NCBI GenBank assembly: GCA_016783445.1
Contig: JADHWO010000002.1
Location: forward strand, 25,464-89,463
Origin: Candidatus Aminicenantes bacterium
GTDB lineage: Bacteria; Acidobacteriota; Aminicenantia; Aminicenantales; Aminicenantaceae
Reading direction: 5' to 3'
Length of the DNA: 64,000 nt
Part shown: positions 11,633 to 20,641 of the stretch, piece by piece
Position numbering within the stretch: the stretch's first letter is position 1
Layout of the letters: each line of letters begins with the position of its first letter
Notes under the pieces: generated by a model
The model's database searches: none
Seen by the model: the letters and a program-made list of their open reading frames with translations, nothing else
Told to the model about the DNA's origin: nothing
Made by a program: the position numbers and the translations under genes

Positions 11633-12909
11633 TGGATCACGTCAACTCGCTGGCCGTCTTTGAGTCCTTCGACTCCAACCACGACTATGACTTCGCCCTC
11701 ATTCAGTCCGTTTGTAACTTCCACGTGGTCTTCCTCGAGGAGTCCGAGAAAGACCTCGCGTTGGGATACCTGGTTCCGATTCATAACAAAGACATAGGTT
11801 TTATTCTGTTTGTAGAGGATGGCTCTTCGCGGGATAACCAGGACATTCTCTTTCATGCCGATGGCAATCCGGACTTCCACGAACATTCCTGGCTTCAGTG
11901 TGAGTGACTCGTCGAGAACCTCGACGGTGACTTTGACTGTCCCTGTCTGGACATCGACCCTGGGATTGATCAGTTTGACATCACCTGTAAACACATTTCC
12001 CTTCAAGACCTCGGTTTTTACCTCGGCGGGCATCCCGATTTTAAGTTTGATGGAGTCGGATGTGGGGACAGACACGCGGATTAACAGGGGCTTAAAATCT
12101 TCGATAGTATAAACCTGCTCGTTGGTGTTGACACGATCGCCCATTTCGATCAGACGCTCGGTGATGTAGCCTTCGGAAAGAGCCCGGATCTTGGTCCAGT
12201 TCAGCTGGAGTTGAAGATTTTTAAAACTCTCCATACGGTCCTGGTAATCGAGCTGCCGTTGTTTATACAGCGCTTCTTGAGTCTGGAAATCCTGTTCGGA
12301 AATGAGATCACGTTTGATCAACTCCTGATTACGGATGAAATTCTTTTCCGCTTCTTCAAGGCTGAGCTTGGCCTGTTCCAGTTGGATCTTTGCCTGTTCG
12401 TAACTGATTTTTATTTCTGTATCATCGAGAAGGGCCAGGATATCATTTTCTTTGACATAGGCGCCTTCTTCTTTAACGATCTTCTGGACATAGGCAGAAA
12501 GACGGGAGAATATTTCAATTTTCCGTTCCGGCTCTACGATGCCGTTAAGAACGAGGTAAGAGTTCAGGTTTTTCCGCTGAACCGGCGCAGAACTCACAGG
12601 AACGGCCTCGCCGCCACTCTGGAACCGGGCAAGGATTTCCGGAATTTGGTCCTTCGGAATGCGTCCGGATTTTATGGCCTCTTTCACCTGGTCGGGGATA
12701 TCAAGTTTATCGATATCAATGTTTTCGCTGCTCTTAGATCCGGGTTTTTGGCCGCTCTTGGCTTGGGCACCTTTATCCGTCTGAGCCTTGCCAGGATTTC
12801 CTTTTTCTGACGGATTCTCCGTCCTGTTTTGGCCGTTGTCCCCGGATTTTCCGCAGCTTATAGTAAAAGCCAGGAGTGCTCCAAGTAAAAAGATGGATAA
12901 TTTTCGCAT
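11629..12909 (-). CDS. RND efflux membrane-fusion lipoprotein (HlyD/MdtA-like)
   Basis: There is a lipoprotein signal (LAFTISCGK). It has coiled-coil, lipoyl and beta-barrel MFP architecture. It is the first gene of the MFP-RND-RND operon. Confidence 0.85.
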   Translation of the reverse strand: MRKLSIFLLGALLAFTISCGKSGDNGQNRTENPSEKGNPGKAQTDKGAQAKSGQKPGSKSSENIDIDKLDIPDQVKEAIKSGRIPKDQIPEILARFQSGGEAVPVSSAPVQRKNLNSYLVLNGIVEPERKIEIFSRLSAYVQKIVKEEGAYVKENDILALLDDTEIKISYEQAKIQLEQAKLSLEEAEKNFIRNQELIKRDLISEQDFQTQEALYKQRQLDYQDRMESFKNLQLQLNWTKIRALSEGYITERLIEMGDRVNTNEQVYTIEDFKPLLIRVSVPTSDSIKLKIGMPAEVKTEVLKGNVFTGDVKLINPRVDVQTGTVKVTVEVLDESLTLKPGMFVEVRIAIGMKENVLVIPRRAILYKQNKTYVFVMNRNQVSQREVFLGLLEEDHVEVTNGLNEGEVIVVVGVEGLKDGQRVDVIQ

Positions 12910-13218
12910 GGTTATTCACCTAAATTATAATCAGTTCATTTCTTCTTGCCGAACGCTTGCTGTATCCGGGTCGATTATTCCGGCTGCTTTCCGAACGGTC
13001 TCGTTTCCTGCGTTATTCGTTTTAATTCGCAGAAACACACTTGTAACGATTCATAAATATTAGACGAAAAAATAAACAATTTCTTCCAAAACTTTCAATA
13101 ATTTCTATATAATTTCTGCAATTCCTATATAACTAAAATTTCAATTTAACTATATATAATATTCTATTCTGCCTCCTGGCACAAGTTGGATTATTTTTGC
13201 GAGGAACATAGAAAATTA

Positions 13219-13388
13219 CCGCGTTGCGCTCGCAATGAGCCACGTAATCTCTTTTTACGTAGGGGCTTGATTCATCTGTAGAGGTTTGATTTATCTGTAG
13301 GGATTTGATTTATCAAACCCACAATTTTTAAATAGATAATTTTCAATCGAATAATCATTTAACGGATTTGAAAAATCAAGCCCCTACA
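13219..13388. repeat. Cluster of REP-like palindromes. One family-2 unit sits at 13219-13251. Three family-1 units and a partner half sit at 13258-13388.
   Basis: The sequence is gtaggggcttgattcatctgtagaggtttgatttatctgtagggatttgatttatcaaaccc ... aaaaatcaagcccctac. Confidence 0.6.
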
Positions 13389-13548
13389 GCTTTATATAAA
13401 TAATGAAGCCTGTCCTCATTATTGTAAAAAAAGTTTTTATTTTATTTGAAATAAAGTAATATTAGGCATAAAATTTATGGGCTATCAAATGTATTTTGAT
13501 AAAACGCTTCTACAGTTAACCTTGATTATTAATTCATATATTAAGATA

Positions 13549-13834
13549 TCGGCAGTTTTTATGAATAATTCAGGTAGACATGGGTTATTCACGAGTTGAG
13601 ATTACCGTAGATGCGAGGCGCAGGGTGTGAAGCTGTGGTTTTCCACCGCGAATGCCCTGCAACGAAGCAGGTTCGGTGAGATCGGCTCGCCTGAAAGGTA
13701 AAAAATGCCGACGTAAAATTAAAATGAGGCCATTGGAGAATGTTTGAATGTTAATATTCAGAAATAATCAACGTAACTGGCTAGTATTTTTGAAGATAAA
13801 AAATGTGTCGGCAGTTTTTATGAATAATTCAGGT
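13549..13834 (+). repeat. Copy A of a roughly 250-bp structured intergenic repeat (MITE or ncRNA-like). It is flanked by 28-bp direct repeats of GTCGGCAGTTTTTATGAATAATTCAGGT.
   Basis: It is about 85 percent identical to 47148-47425, and to the reverse complement of 36522-36758 over the conserved segments. It contains the inverted repeat AAAAAATGCCGAC...GTCGGCAGTTTTT. Confidence 0.7.
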
Positions 13835-13883
13835 TAAATGGAATAGTTATTTCCAAAAATTTACTTTAAAGGAGGGAGAAGGC

Positions 13884-16022
13884 ATGAAGTTTCAAACTTT
13901 TAAGGTTTGCGGGCTGGTCTTTGCCTTTTTGATTGGCTCTGCCTTTTTAGGCTCGTCCGGTTCCGCTTTCGCCTCACAGAAGGTTCCCATCAGCTTTAAC
14001 GATTACCATGGGTATACCGGCACTGTGAAGTACATTAAGAGTGTGGCAAAGGCCTACCCAAACATAAGCAAGCTGATCGAGATCGGCAAGAGCAACATGG
14101 AGAGGCCGATTTATGTTCTTGTAATCTCAAACATGAAAACAGGAACAACAATCGACACTTTTGTGGAATTGCGCAATAAACGTAAGGAGGGAGTCAAGAA
14201 TGTTCCTCCCATGAAGGCGTATCAGGGCAAGCCAGGACACTGGATCTGCGGGAGCACACATGGAAATGAGTATACCGGAACAGAGGTTTGTTTATACATC
14301 ATCGATAAACTGGTCTCAGGGTATGGTTCGGACAAGGAAGTCACCCGGCTTGTTGATGGCCAGACATTCTACGTTTGCCCTGTCGTTAATCCTGACGGTT
14401 TGTATAACAGCATTGAGAAGGGAATATCCCAGAGGCAGAACAGCATGAAAAAAGACGACGACGGAGATGGAAAAGTTAATGAAGACGGCTATGACGACCT
14501 CAACGGCGATGGGCACATCACTCGATTTCGCTACAAAGACCCGAATGGCAGGTATGTGATTGATGATGTTGATCCGCGTTTGATGGTCCGTCTTGGCAGA
14601 AATGCTAAAACAGATAAACAGCTGTATTCAATCATCAGGGAAGATAGGGACAATGATGGTGATGGTGAACGCGGGGAAGACTCTGAAAGAGGCATCGATT
14701 TAAATCGGAATTTTCCGGAAGGATGGTGGGAAACTGATGGAATGGCGGGTGGCCAGGGAAATTACCCGACATCAGCCCCTGAAATCCATGCAATTGCCGA
14801 GTTCTTCACCAACCATACAAATATCCTGATGGCACAGAATTATCATACATCCGGCGGATTTACCTACAGACCGCTGGGGACTGCTCCTCCCAATCAGCTG
14901 CATCCAAAAGACGTTGCAATATTCGACATGATCATGGGAAAAAAATACCTCGAAATTATAGGAGAGGAGGTTCCTGAAGCATGGAAAGCGCCTGGTTCCC
15001 TTGCCAGATTCAAAGAAGAGCTTGAGAAAAAATCTAAAAATAAGTATGCCATAGCACGAGGATATGAATTGCCGCGTGGTTGGAGAGCCAGCTATAACGA
15101 AGCCAGGGACCGGCGATACGGCTATGGAATGGCATCAGACTGGATGTACATGCAGTTCGGTGCATATGCCATAACCACCGAGCTCTGGAACCCTCAAAAA
15201 GACATAAAGGATTTCCCTCAGTTTACCGGACCTGACGCCAGAATAGAAGCGCAACGTGCCCTTTTAAAATACCAGGATGAAAAATACGGCGGAAAACTTT
15301 TTATCCCATGGAAAAAGTTCGAACATCCTGAACTGGGAGAAGGTGAAATTGGTGGCTGGATACCAAAATACCGAAGTAATGCTTTGCCGGGTGAACCTCT
15401 GCTCAACGTCTGCGAAAAGCACTGGCAGTTCGAGCTTTTTAGAGCAGGACTCCAACCAGAAATCGTGATCACCGATGCCAAAGCTCGTGTGCTGTATACA
15501 GCAAATAAAGCAAATAGTGCAGTCGTGTCTCAGAAGGGCGATTTAGTGTCAATTAAAAAAGGAAAATCAAAAGGAAAATACAAAATTGTTGAAGTCACTG
15601 CAGTAATCGAAAACAAAGGAAAACTTGCTACCCATATTGCCCGGGGAGCAGAGCTTGCAGGAAACCGTGAGGACATTGTTTGGCTGATCGGAGACAGAGA
15701 TAAAATCACTCACCTGCAGGGCACAAAATTCCAGAAACTGGGTGTTATCGAGGGAACACAAGAAATCCCCGGATATGCAGGCAGACCCGGTGCTGGATCA
15801 GCAGGACAACAGCGGATGCAGAGAATGCCTCGCCTTATACCGCCAGGCTATCCTATGTTTTTCAGGATGCGGGGAGCGAGATTCGAGCCAACGCAGGTTA
15901 AGCAAACAGGTCCAAAACGTGAAGTTAGATGGCTTATCGCAGTGGAAGGAAACACGCCGCTTAAAGTTGTAGTAACATCTCAAAAAGGCGGAACAAAGGT
16001 TAAAAACCTTTTGATTCAATAA
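13884..16022 (+). CDS. Secreted M14 zinc carboxypeptidase with an acidic Ca-binding D-x-D-G repeat insert
   Basis: There is a signal peptide, the HGNE (HxxE) zinc motif, and DLNRNF. The insert DDDGDGKVNEDGYDDLNGDGH is thrombospondin-type-3-like. An RBS (aggaggg) is present. Confidence 0.85.
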   Translation: MKFQTFKVCGLVFAFLIGSAFLGSSGSAFASQKVPISFNDYHGYTGTVKYIKSVAKAYPNISKLIEIGKSNMERPIYVLVISNMKTGTTIDTFVELRNKRKEGVKNVPPMKAYQGKPGHWICGSTHGNEYTGTEVCLYIIDKLVSGYGSDKEVTRLVDGQTFYVCPVVNPDGLYNSIEKGISQRQNSMKKDDDGDGKVNEDGYDDLNGDGHITRFRYKDPNGRYVIDDVDPRLMVRLGRNAKTDKQLYSIIREDRDNDGDGERGEDSERGIDLNRNFPEGWWETDGMAGGQGNYPTSAPEIHAIAEFFTNHTNILMAQNYHTSGGFTYRPLGTAPPNQLHPKDVAIFDMIMGKKYLEIIGEEVPEAWKAPGSLARFKEELEKKSKNKYAIARGYELPRGWRASYNEARDRRYGYGMASDWMYMQFGAYAITTELWNPQKDIKDFPQFTGPDARIEAQRALLKYQDEKYGGKLFIPWKKFEHPELGEGEIGGWIPKYRSNALPGEPLLNVCEKHWQFELFRAGLQPEIVITDAKARVLYTANKANSAVVSQKGDLVSIKKGKSKGKYKIVEVTAVIENKGKLATHIARGAELAGNREDIVWLIGDRDKITHLQGTKFQKLGVIEGTQEIPGYAGRPGAGSAGQQRMQRMPRLIPPGYPMFFRMRGARFEPTQVKQTGPKREVRWLIAVEGNTPLKVVVTSQKGGTKVKNLLIQ

Positions 16023-16036
16023 GATGGGGGTGCACT

Positions 16037-17923
16037 ATGAAATCGAAAAATAATTTTAAATACATATTGGGTTTGGCACTGACTGTCTTACTGGTGGCAT
16101 CCTTTACGGTTCCAGCATTTGGACAGAAAAAACTGCAGAAAAACCCAGCCGGGTACCACGGTGAACTCGACTTTCCCATTAGCTGGAAGCGGTATTATTC
16201 CTATGCGGAATGGACAAAGATTATGCACGATATCCAGAAGAAGTATTCTCACCTGGCAGACATCGAAAGCATCGGCAAGAGCCGGATGGGGCGCGACCAG
16301 TACCTGATAACCATCACCGCAAAATCGACAGGAAAACATCAAGACAAGCCTGCGATGTGGGTCGATGGAGCAATACATGGAAATGAGGTAAACGGGATTA
16401 CATGCTCTATGTACCTTATGTGGTATTTACTAACGAGGTATGATTACGACAAATACATCTTTGACCTGGTAAACGACTGCACATTTTATATTCTGCCTGG
16501 TCTCAATGTGGATGCCAATGAATCCTTTGTCTCATTTCCAAATACGCCTAACAATCCGCGTGAACCGTACAGACCCGAAGATAACGACGGTGACGGGCTT
16601 TACGATGAAGACCAGACAGAAGATGTTGACGGCGACGGAGAGCTCTCTGTTATGTACATTGAGGATCCCAAAGGTGCGTACAAGTTATCACCTGACAAGC
16701 GTCAGTTTATTCGGTTAACTGATATAAAAGAAGAGGGCTTGCGGTTTCGCCGAATCGGCTCAGAAGGGTATGACAATGACGGCGACGGCATGATCAATGA
16801 AGATGATATTGGCGGCCCAGATCCGAATAGAAATTTTCCATATGGATGGAATCTTCAGGCGGGAAATCCCTATCCCATGTCAGAACCGGAATGTCGCAAT
16901 GTGTTCGAATTTCAGATTGCTCATCCTAATATTTTTGCCAGTTTTCACTATCACAATACCGGGAGGCTGATCATGTTCCAGGCACCGCCAGCAGTAAGAG
17001 CTCCAGCCCAAACAACAGGACAAAGCCAGCGTATGCAGGAGATGATCAATCAGCGCCTGGAGGAAATGCGAAAGGCCAATAAATACGCACAGTATTTTGA
17101 CCGCCAGGTTGCTCAAGAATATCAACATGACATGGATACACAAACAGAAATCGTTACGATGGGTGCGCGTATTATGAAAAACTACCGCCCCACCATCGGA
17201 GGCCTCAGCGGCCAGGCACATGCAGCAACATATTATATGCTCGGAGCGTATAGCTACCTTATCGAACTATGGGGATCGCCTGCATTTGATGCAGATGTGG
17301 ATGGTGATGGGAGAGTCTCTGATGAAGAATACCTTAAGTGGATTGATATTGAGCTGACTGGGGAAGGTTGGATTTTGCCGCACAAATGTAATCATCCCGA
17401 TCTTGGAGAAATCTGGATCGGCGGCACACGTAAAAAACACACACAGAGAACACCCCCTGCCCGGTATATAGAAATGGAAGCCTTTAAAAATGCTCAATTC
17501 GTGATGTACTGTGCCAGTCAGTTTCCTAAAGTGGAAATAGATGAATTGACCATAACTCCTGCAACGCAGGACCTTTACTGGGTCGAGGCGGCGGTAAGGA
17601 ATGACCGGATTTATCCCACCATTTCGGACAGATCAATACAGCTGAAGAGAGGGGAGAAGGATAAAATCACACTCAAATCGTCGGATAATATATCCCTGGT
17701 TAATATTCCTGAAGGCAAGACAATGGTTGATCCTTTTAATTACGAAACACAATATGAAACGATCACCGAGAAAGGAACTGAATTCAGGCTCAAAGGGAAA
17801 GAAACGCTCCACTTCTGTGCTCTGGTAAAAATGGATGGATCTCAAGGCTGGGTGGAAGTGAATGTCAAATCACAGCACGGCGGTACAGCCAAGAAGAAAA
17901 TTAACATTAAAGTAGGTAAATAA
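16037..17923 (+). CDS. Secreted M14 zinc carboxypeptidase, a paralog of the upstream gene
   Basis: It has AIHGNEVNG, DPNRNFPYGW and D-x-D-G repeats (DNDGDGLYDEDQTEDVDGDGE). The C-terminal domain resembles that of 13884-16022. Confidence 0.85.
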   Translation: MKSKNNFKYILGLALTVLLVASFTVPAFGQKKLQKNPAGYHGELDFPISWKRYYSYAEWTKIMHDIQKKYSHLADIESIGKSRMGRDQYLITITAKSTGKHQDKPAMWVDGAIHGNEVNGITCSMYLMWYLLTRYDYDKYIFDLVNDCTFYILPGLNVDANESFVSFPNTPNNPREPYRPEDNDGDGLYDEDQTEDVDGDGELSVMYIEDPKGAYKLSPDKRQFIRLTDIKEEGLRFRRIGSEGYDNDGDGMINEDDIGGPDPNRNFPYGWNLQAGNPYPMSEPECRNVFEFQIAHPNIFASFHYHNTGRLIMFQAPPAVRAPAQTTGQSQRMQEMINQRLEEMRKANKYAQYFDRQVAQEYQHDMDTQTEIVTMGARIMKNYRPTIGGLSGQAHAATYYMLGAYSYLIELWGSPAFDADVDGDGRVSDEEYLKWIDIELTGEGWILPHKCNHPDLGEIWIGGTRKKHTQRTPPARYIEMEAFKNAQFVMYCASQFPKVEIDELTITPATQDLYWVEAAVRNDRIYPTISDRSIQLKRGEKDKITLKSSDNISLVNIPEGKTMVDPFNYETQYETITEKGTEFRLKGKETLHFCALVKMDGSQGWVEVNVKSQHGGTAKKKINIKVGK

Positions 17924-17952
17924 AAGCAAAAAAAAGGGAACTGGTTTTTTGC

Positions 17953-18152
17953 CGTAGGGATTTGATTAAATTGCAGGGATTTGATTCATCATACCCGTTA
18001 ATTCTGAATTTGTAGGAGCTTGATTTATCAAGCCCACTTTATTGTTTTGCAGGGATTTGATTCATCAAACCCGTTGATTTTTAAAAAAGGGAATTGGCCT
18101 CAATTTCTTTCTTTTTCTGTCATTGCAAGGAACGAAGTGACGCGGCAATCTC
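17953..18152. repeat. Cluster of four family-1 REP-like palindromes plus one family-2 unit
   Basis: The family-1 units are gtagggatttgattaaattgcaggg, atttgattcatcataccc, gtaggagcttgatttatcaagccc and gcagggatttgattcatcaaaccc. The family-2 unit is tcattgcaaggaacgaagtgacgcggcaatctc at 18119-18152. Confidence 0.6.
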
Positions 18153-18238
18153 TTATCAAAATCTAGGTATTTTTGTCGACTCAGTAGGGCAATAACTCAG
18201 ATAAATCTGTTATTATATATAAACTCAAGGAGGTAGAC

Positions 18239-20494
18239 ATGAAACGGCTTTCCATCTTTCTGGTGTTACTGTTTATGTTTTTTGCCTGTTCATCGCAGCA
18301 AGGGCAGGAAAGGGACCCATCAATTCTTACTCTGGAGCGCATCTTTAGTTCTCAAGAATTCGCTTCCGAACGCTTTGGACCGGCACGATGGTTAAAAGAT
18401 AAAAGTGCTTACACAACTCTTGAAGACTCAAGGTCAAAAAAAGGTGCTCGTGATATAGTTCTATACGATGCAGAAACAGGCACACGAGAAATCCTGGTGT
18501 CCGCCAAAAAGCTCATCCCGAAAGGCGAGTCAAGACCTCTCTCCATTTCCAATTATGACTGGTCTTCGGACGCAAAGAAACTCCTCATCTTTACAAACAC
18601 AAAACGTGTCTGGCGGCAGAATACACGGGGAGACTACTGGGTTATTGATTTAAACGACGGGAATCTGCATAAGCTTGGGGGAGATGTGGAGCCTTCATCG
18701 CTCATGTTCGCCAAGTTTTCCCCGGATGGGAGCAAAGTAGCGTATGTTATCAGGAATAACATCTATGTAGAGGACCTGAGAAGTCATCAGATAAAGCAGC
18801 TGACAAAGGATGGCTCAGAGACCATCATCAATGGAACCTTTGACTGGGTCTATGAGGAGGAATTTTCGCTCAGGGACGGCTTTCGCTGGAGCCCGGATAG
18901 TAAATGGATAGCTTACTGGCAGCTTGATGCAGAAGGGGTGAAGACTTTTTATCTTATCAACAATACTGACCAGCTTTACCCAGAGCTCATCCCGGTCCAG
19001 TATCCGAAGGCAGGGGAGACCAACTCTTCGAGCCGTATTGGAGTGGTGAGTGCAAAGGGAGGGGAGACTTGCTGGATTGAGCTGCAAGGTGACCCGAGAA
19101 ACCATTACATTGCCAGAATGGATTGGGCAGCAAATTCGGAGGAGATTATTTTCCAGCGCCTTAACCGCCTTCAGAATACAAACTGGGTGAAACTTGGTGA
19201 TATTCGCACCGGAGAGGCGCGCACGATTCTGACCGAACGCGATAAGGCCTGGCTGGAAGTGGAGAATGACATGCGCTGGCTGGATGATGGAAAACAATTC
19301 GTTTGGATTAGCGAGCGGGATGGCTGGAGGCATATTTATCTTGTCTCGCGGGATGGGAAAAAAGTTAAGAATTTAACTCCCGGGGAATATGATATAGTCA
19401 GCCTGCAGAGCATTGACGAAAAGAGAGGCTGGATTTATTTTATCTCTTCCCCAGATAATCCGACACAACGCTATCTTGTCCGGGTGGGATTGGACGGTTC
19501 AGGAAAAACTGAACGTGTCTCTCCCCTGGACCAGACCGGATCACACAGCTACCGGATTTCCGAAAACTCCGGCTGGGCTTTTCACACTTTTTCCTCCTCT
19601 GGTGAACCGCCTGTGACTGAGCTTGTGCGCTTGCCTGAACATGATGTGACGCGTACATTAGTGGATAACTCAAAGCTCCGGGAGAAAGTTAAGACTATTA
19701 AAAAGAGCCCTGTTGAGTTTTTCCGGGTGGATATCGGTGGTGGTGTGGAACTTGATGGGTGGTGTTTGAAACCGCCTGATTTTGATCCAACAAAGCGCTA
19801 TCCTGTGCTTTTTTATGTCTATGGTGAGCCGTGGGGGTCTACTGTTGTTAATAGATGGGGTGGAAACAGCTATTTGTGGTATCTTATGTTGTGCCAGCAG
19901 GGCTATCTGGTGATGAGCGTGGATAATCGAGGGACAAGAGTGCCTCGTGGACGGGCATGGCGGAAGTGTATTTACCGGCAGATAGGGATTCTTGCCTCTG
20001 CTGACCAGGCTGCAGCATTACAGGCTATAGTCAAACGCTGGCCCTGGGTGGATTCAAACCGCATCGGGATCTGGGGCTGGAGTGGAGGAGGGTCCATGAG
20101 CCTCAATGCCATATTCAGATACCCGGACCTCTATCATACAGCCATGGCTGTAGCTTTTGTAAGCAACCAGCAATATTATGATACGATCTATCAAGAGAGG
20201 TACATGGGGCTTCCAGAAAAAAATAAGAAAGGTTACAGGAACGGTTCTCCCATCACTTATGCCCATCAATTAAAAGGGAACCTGCTTCTTGTTCACGGGA
20301 CAGGGGATGATAATGTCCATTACCAGAATTTTGAGGCACTGGTGAATGAGTTGATCGAACACAACAAGCATTTCACGATGATGGCCTATCCAAACAGGTC
20401 ACATGGGATTTATGAAGGGGAGAATACGACACGCCATCTGTATGAGCTCCTGACAAGATATTTAAAAGAGAACCTGCCGTCCGGCGGGATTTAA
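18239..20494 (+). CDS. Dipeptidyl-peptidase IV-type prolyl oligopeptidase (S9B), secreted
   Basis: It has a DPPIV N-terminal beta-propeller and an S9 alpha/beta hydrolase domain. The nucleophile motif is GWSGGGSMS, followed by a downstream Asp and His. There is a signal peptide and a strong RBS. Confidence 0.9.
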   Translation: MKRLSIFLVLLFMFFACSSQQGQERDPSILTLERIFSSQEFASERFGPARWLKDKSAYTTLEDSRSKKGARDIVLYDAETGTREILVSAKKLIPKGESRPLSISNYDWSSDAKKLLIFTNTKRVWRQNTRGDYWVIDLNDGNLHKLGGDVEPSSLMFAKFSPDGSKVAYVIRNNIYVEDLRSHQIKQLTKDGSETIINGTFDWVYEEEFSLRDGFRWSPDSKWIAYWQLDAEGVKTFYLINNTDQLYPELIPVQYPKAGETNSSSRIGVVSAKGGETCWIELQGDPRNHYIARMDWAANSEEIIFQRLNRLQNTNWVKLGDIRTGEARTILTERDKAWLEVENDMRWLDDGKQFVWISERDGWRHIYLVSRDGKKVKNLTPGEYDIVSLQSIDEKRGWIYFISSPDNPTQRYLVRVGLDGSGKTERVSPLDQTGSHSYRISENSGWAFHTFSSSGEPPVTELVRLPEHDVTRTLVDNSKLREKVKTIKKSPVEFFRVDIGGGVELDGWCLKPPDFDPTKRYPVLFYVYGEPWGSTVVNRWGGNSYLWYLMLCQQGYLVMSVDNRGTRVPRGRAWRKCIYRQIGILASADQAAALQAIVKRWPWVDSNRIGIWGWSGGGSMSLNAIFRYPDLYHTAMAVAFVSNQQYYDTIYQERYMGLPEKNKKGYRNGSPITYAHQLKGNLLLVHGTGDDNVHYQNFEALVNELIEHNKHFTMMAYPNRSHGIYEGENTTRHLYELLTRYLKENLPSGGI

Positions 20495-20507
20495 GATAGA
20501 TGGAATA

Positions 20508-20618
20508 GGGGTCGCGTCTCAACACTTGACATTACAGAAAGAAGTGAGACTGCCGCACTTTGTTCGCAATGACAATAATTAGTGAGATTGCCACGTCACT
20601 GCGTTCCTCGCAATGACA
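20508..20618. repeat. Repeat cluster with one copy of the 26-bp motif (inverted) and two tandem family-2 units
   Basis: The 26-bp motif is ggggtcgcgtctcaacacttgacattac. The family-2 units are gagactgccgcactttgttcgcaatgacaat and gagattgccacgtcactgcgttcctcgcaatgacaat. Confidence 0.6.
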
Positions 20619-20641
20619 ATATAAATTGGGGCCTGTCCCCA

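Noticed and set aside
12211-13063. Plus-strand ORFs 12211-12810 and 12788-13063
   Set aside because: They are antisense to the membrane-fusion protein gene, or sit in the repeat-rich divergent intergenic region. They have no RBS and no similarity to known proteins.
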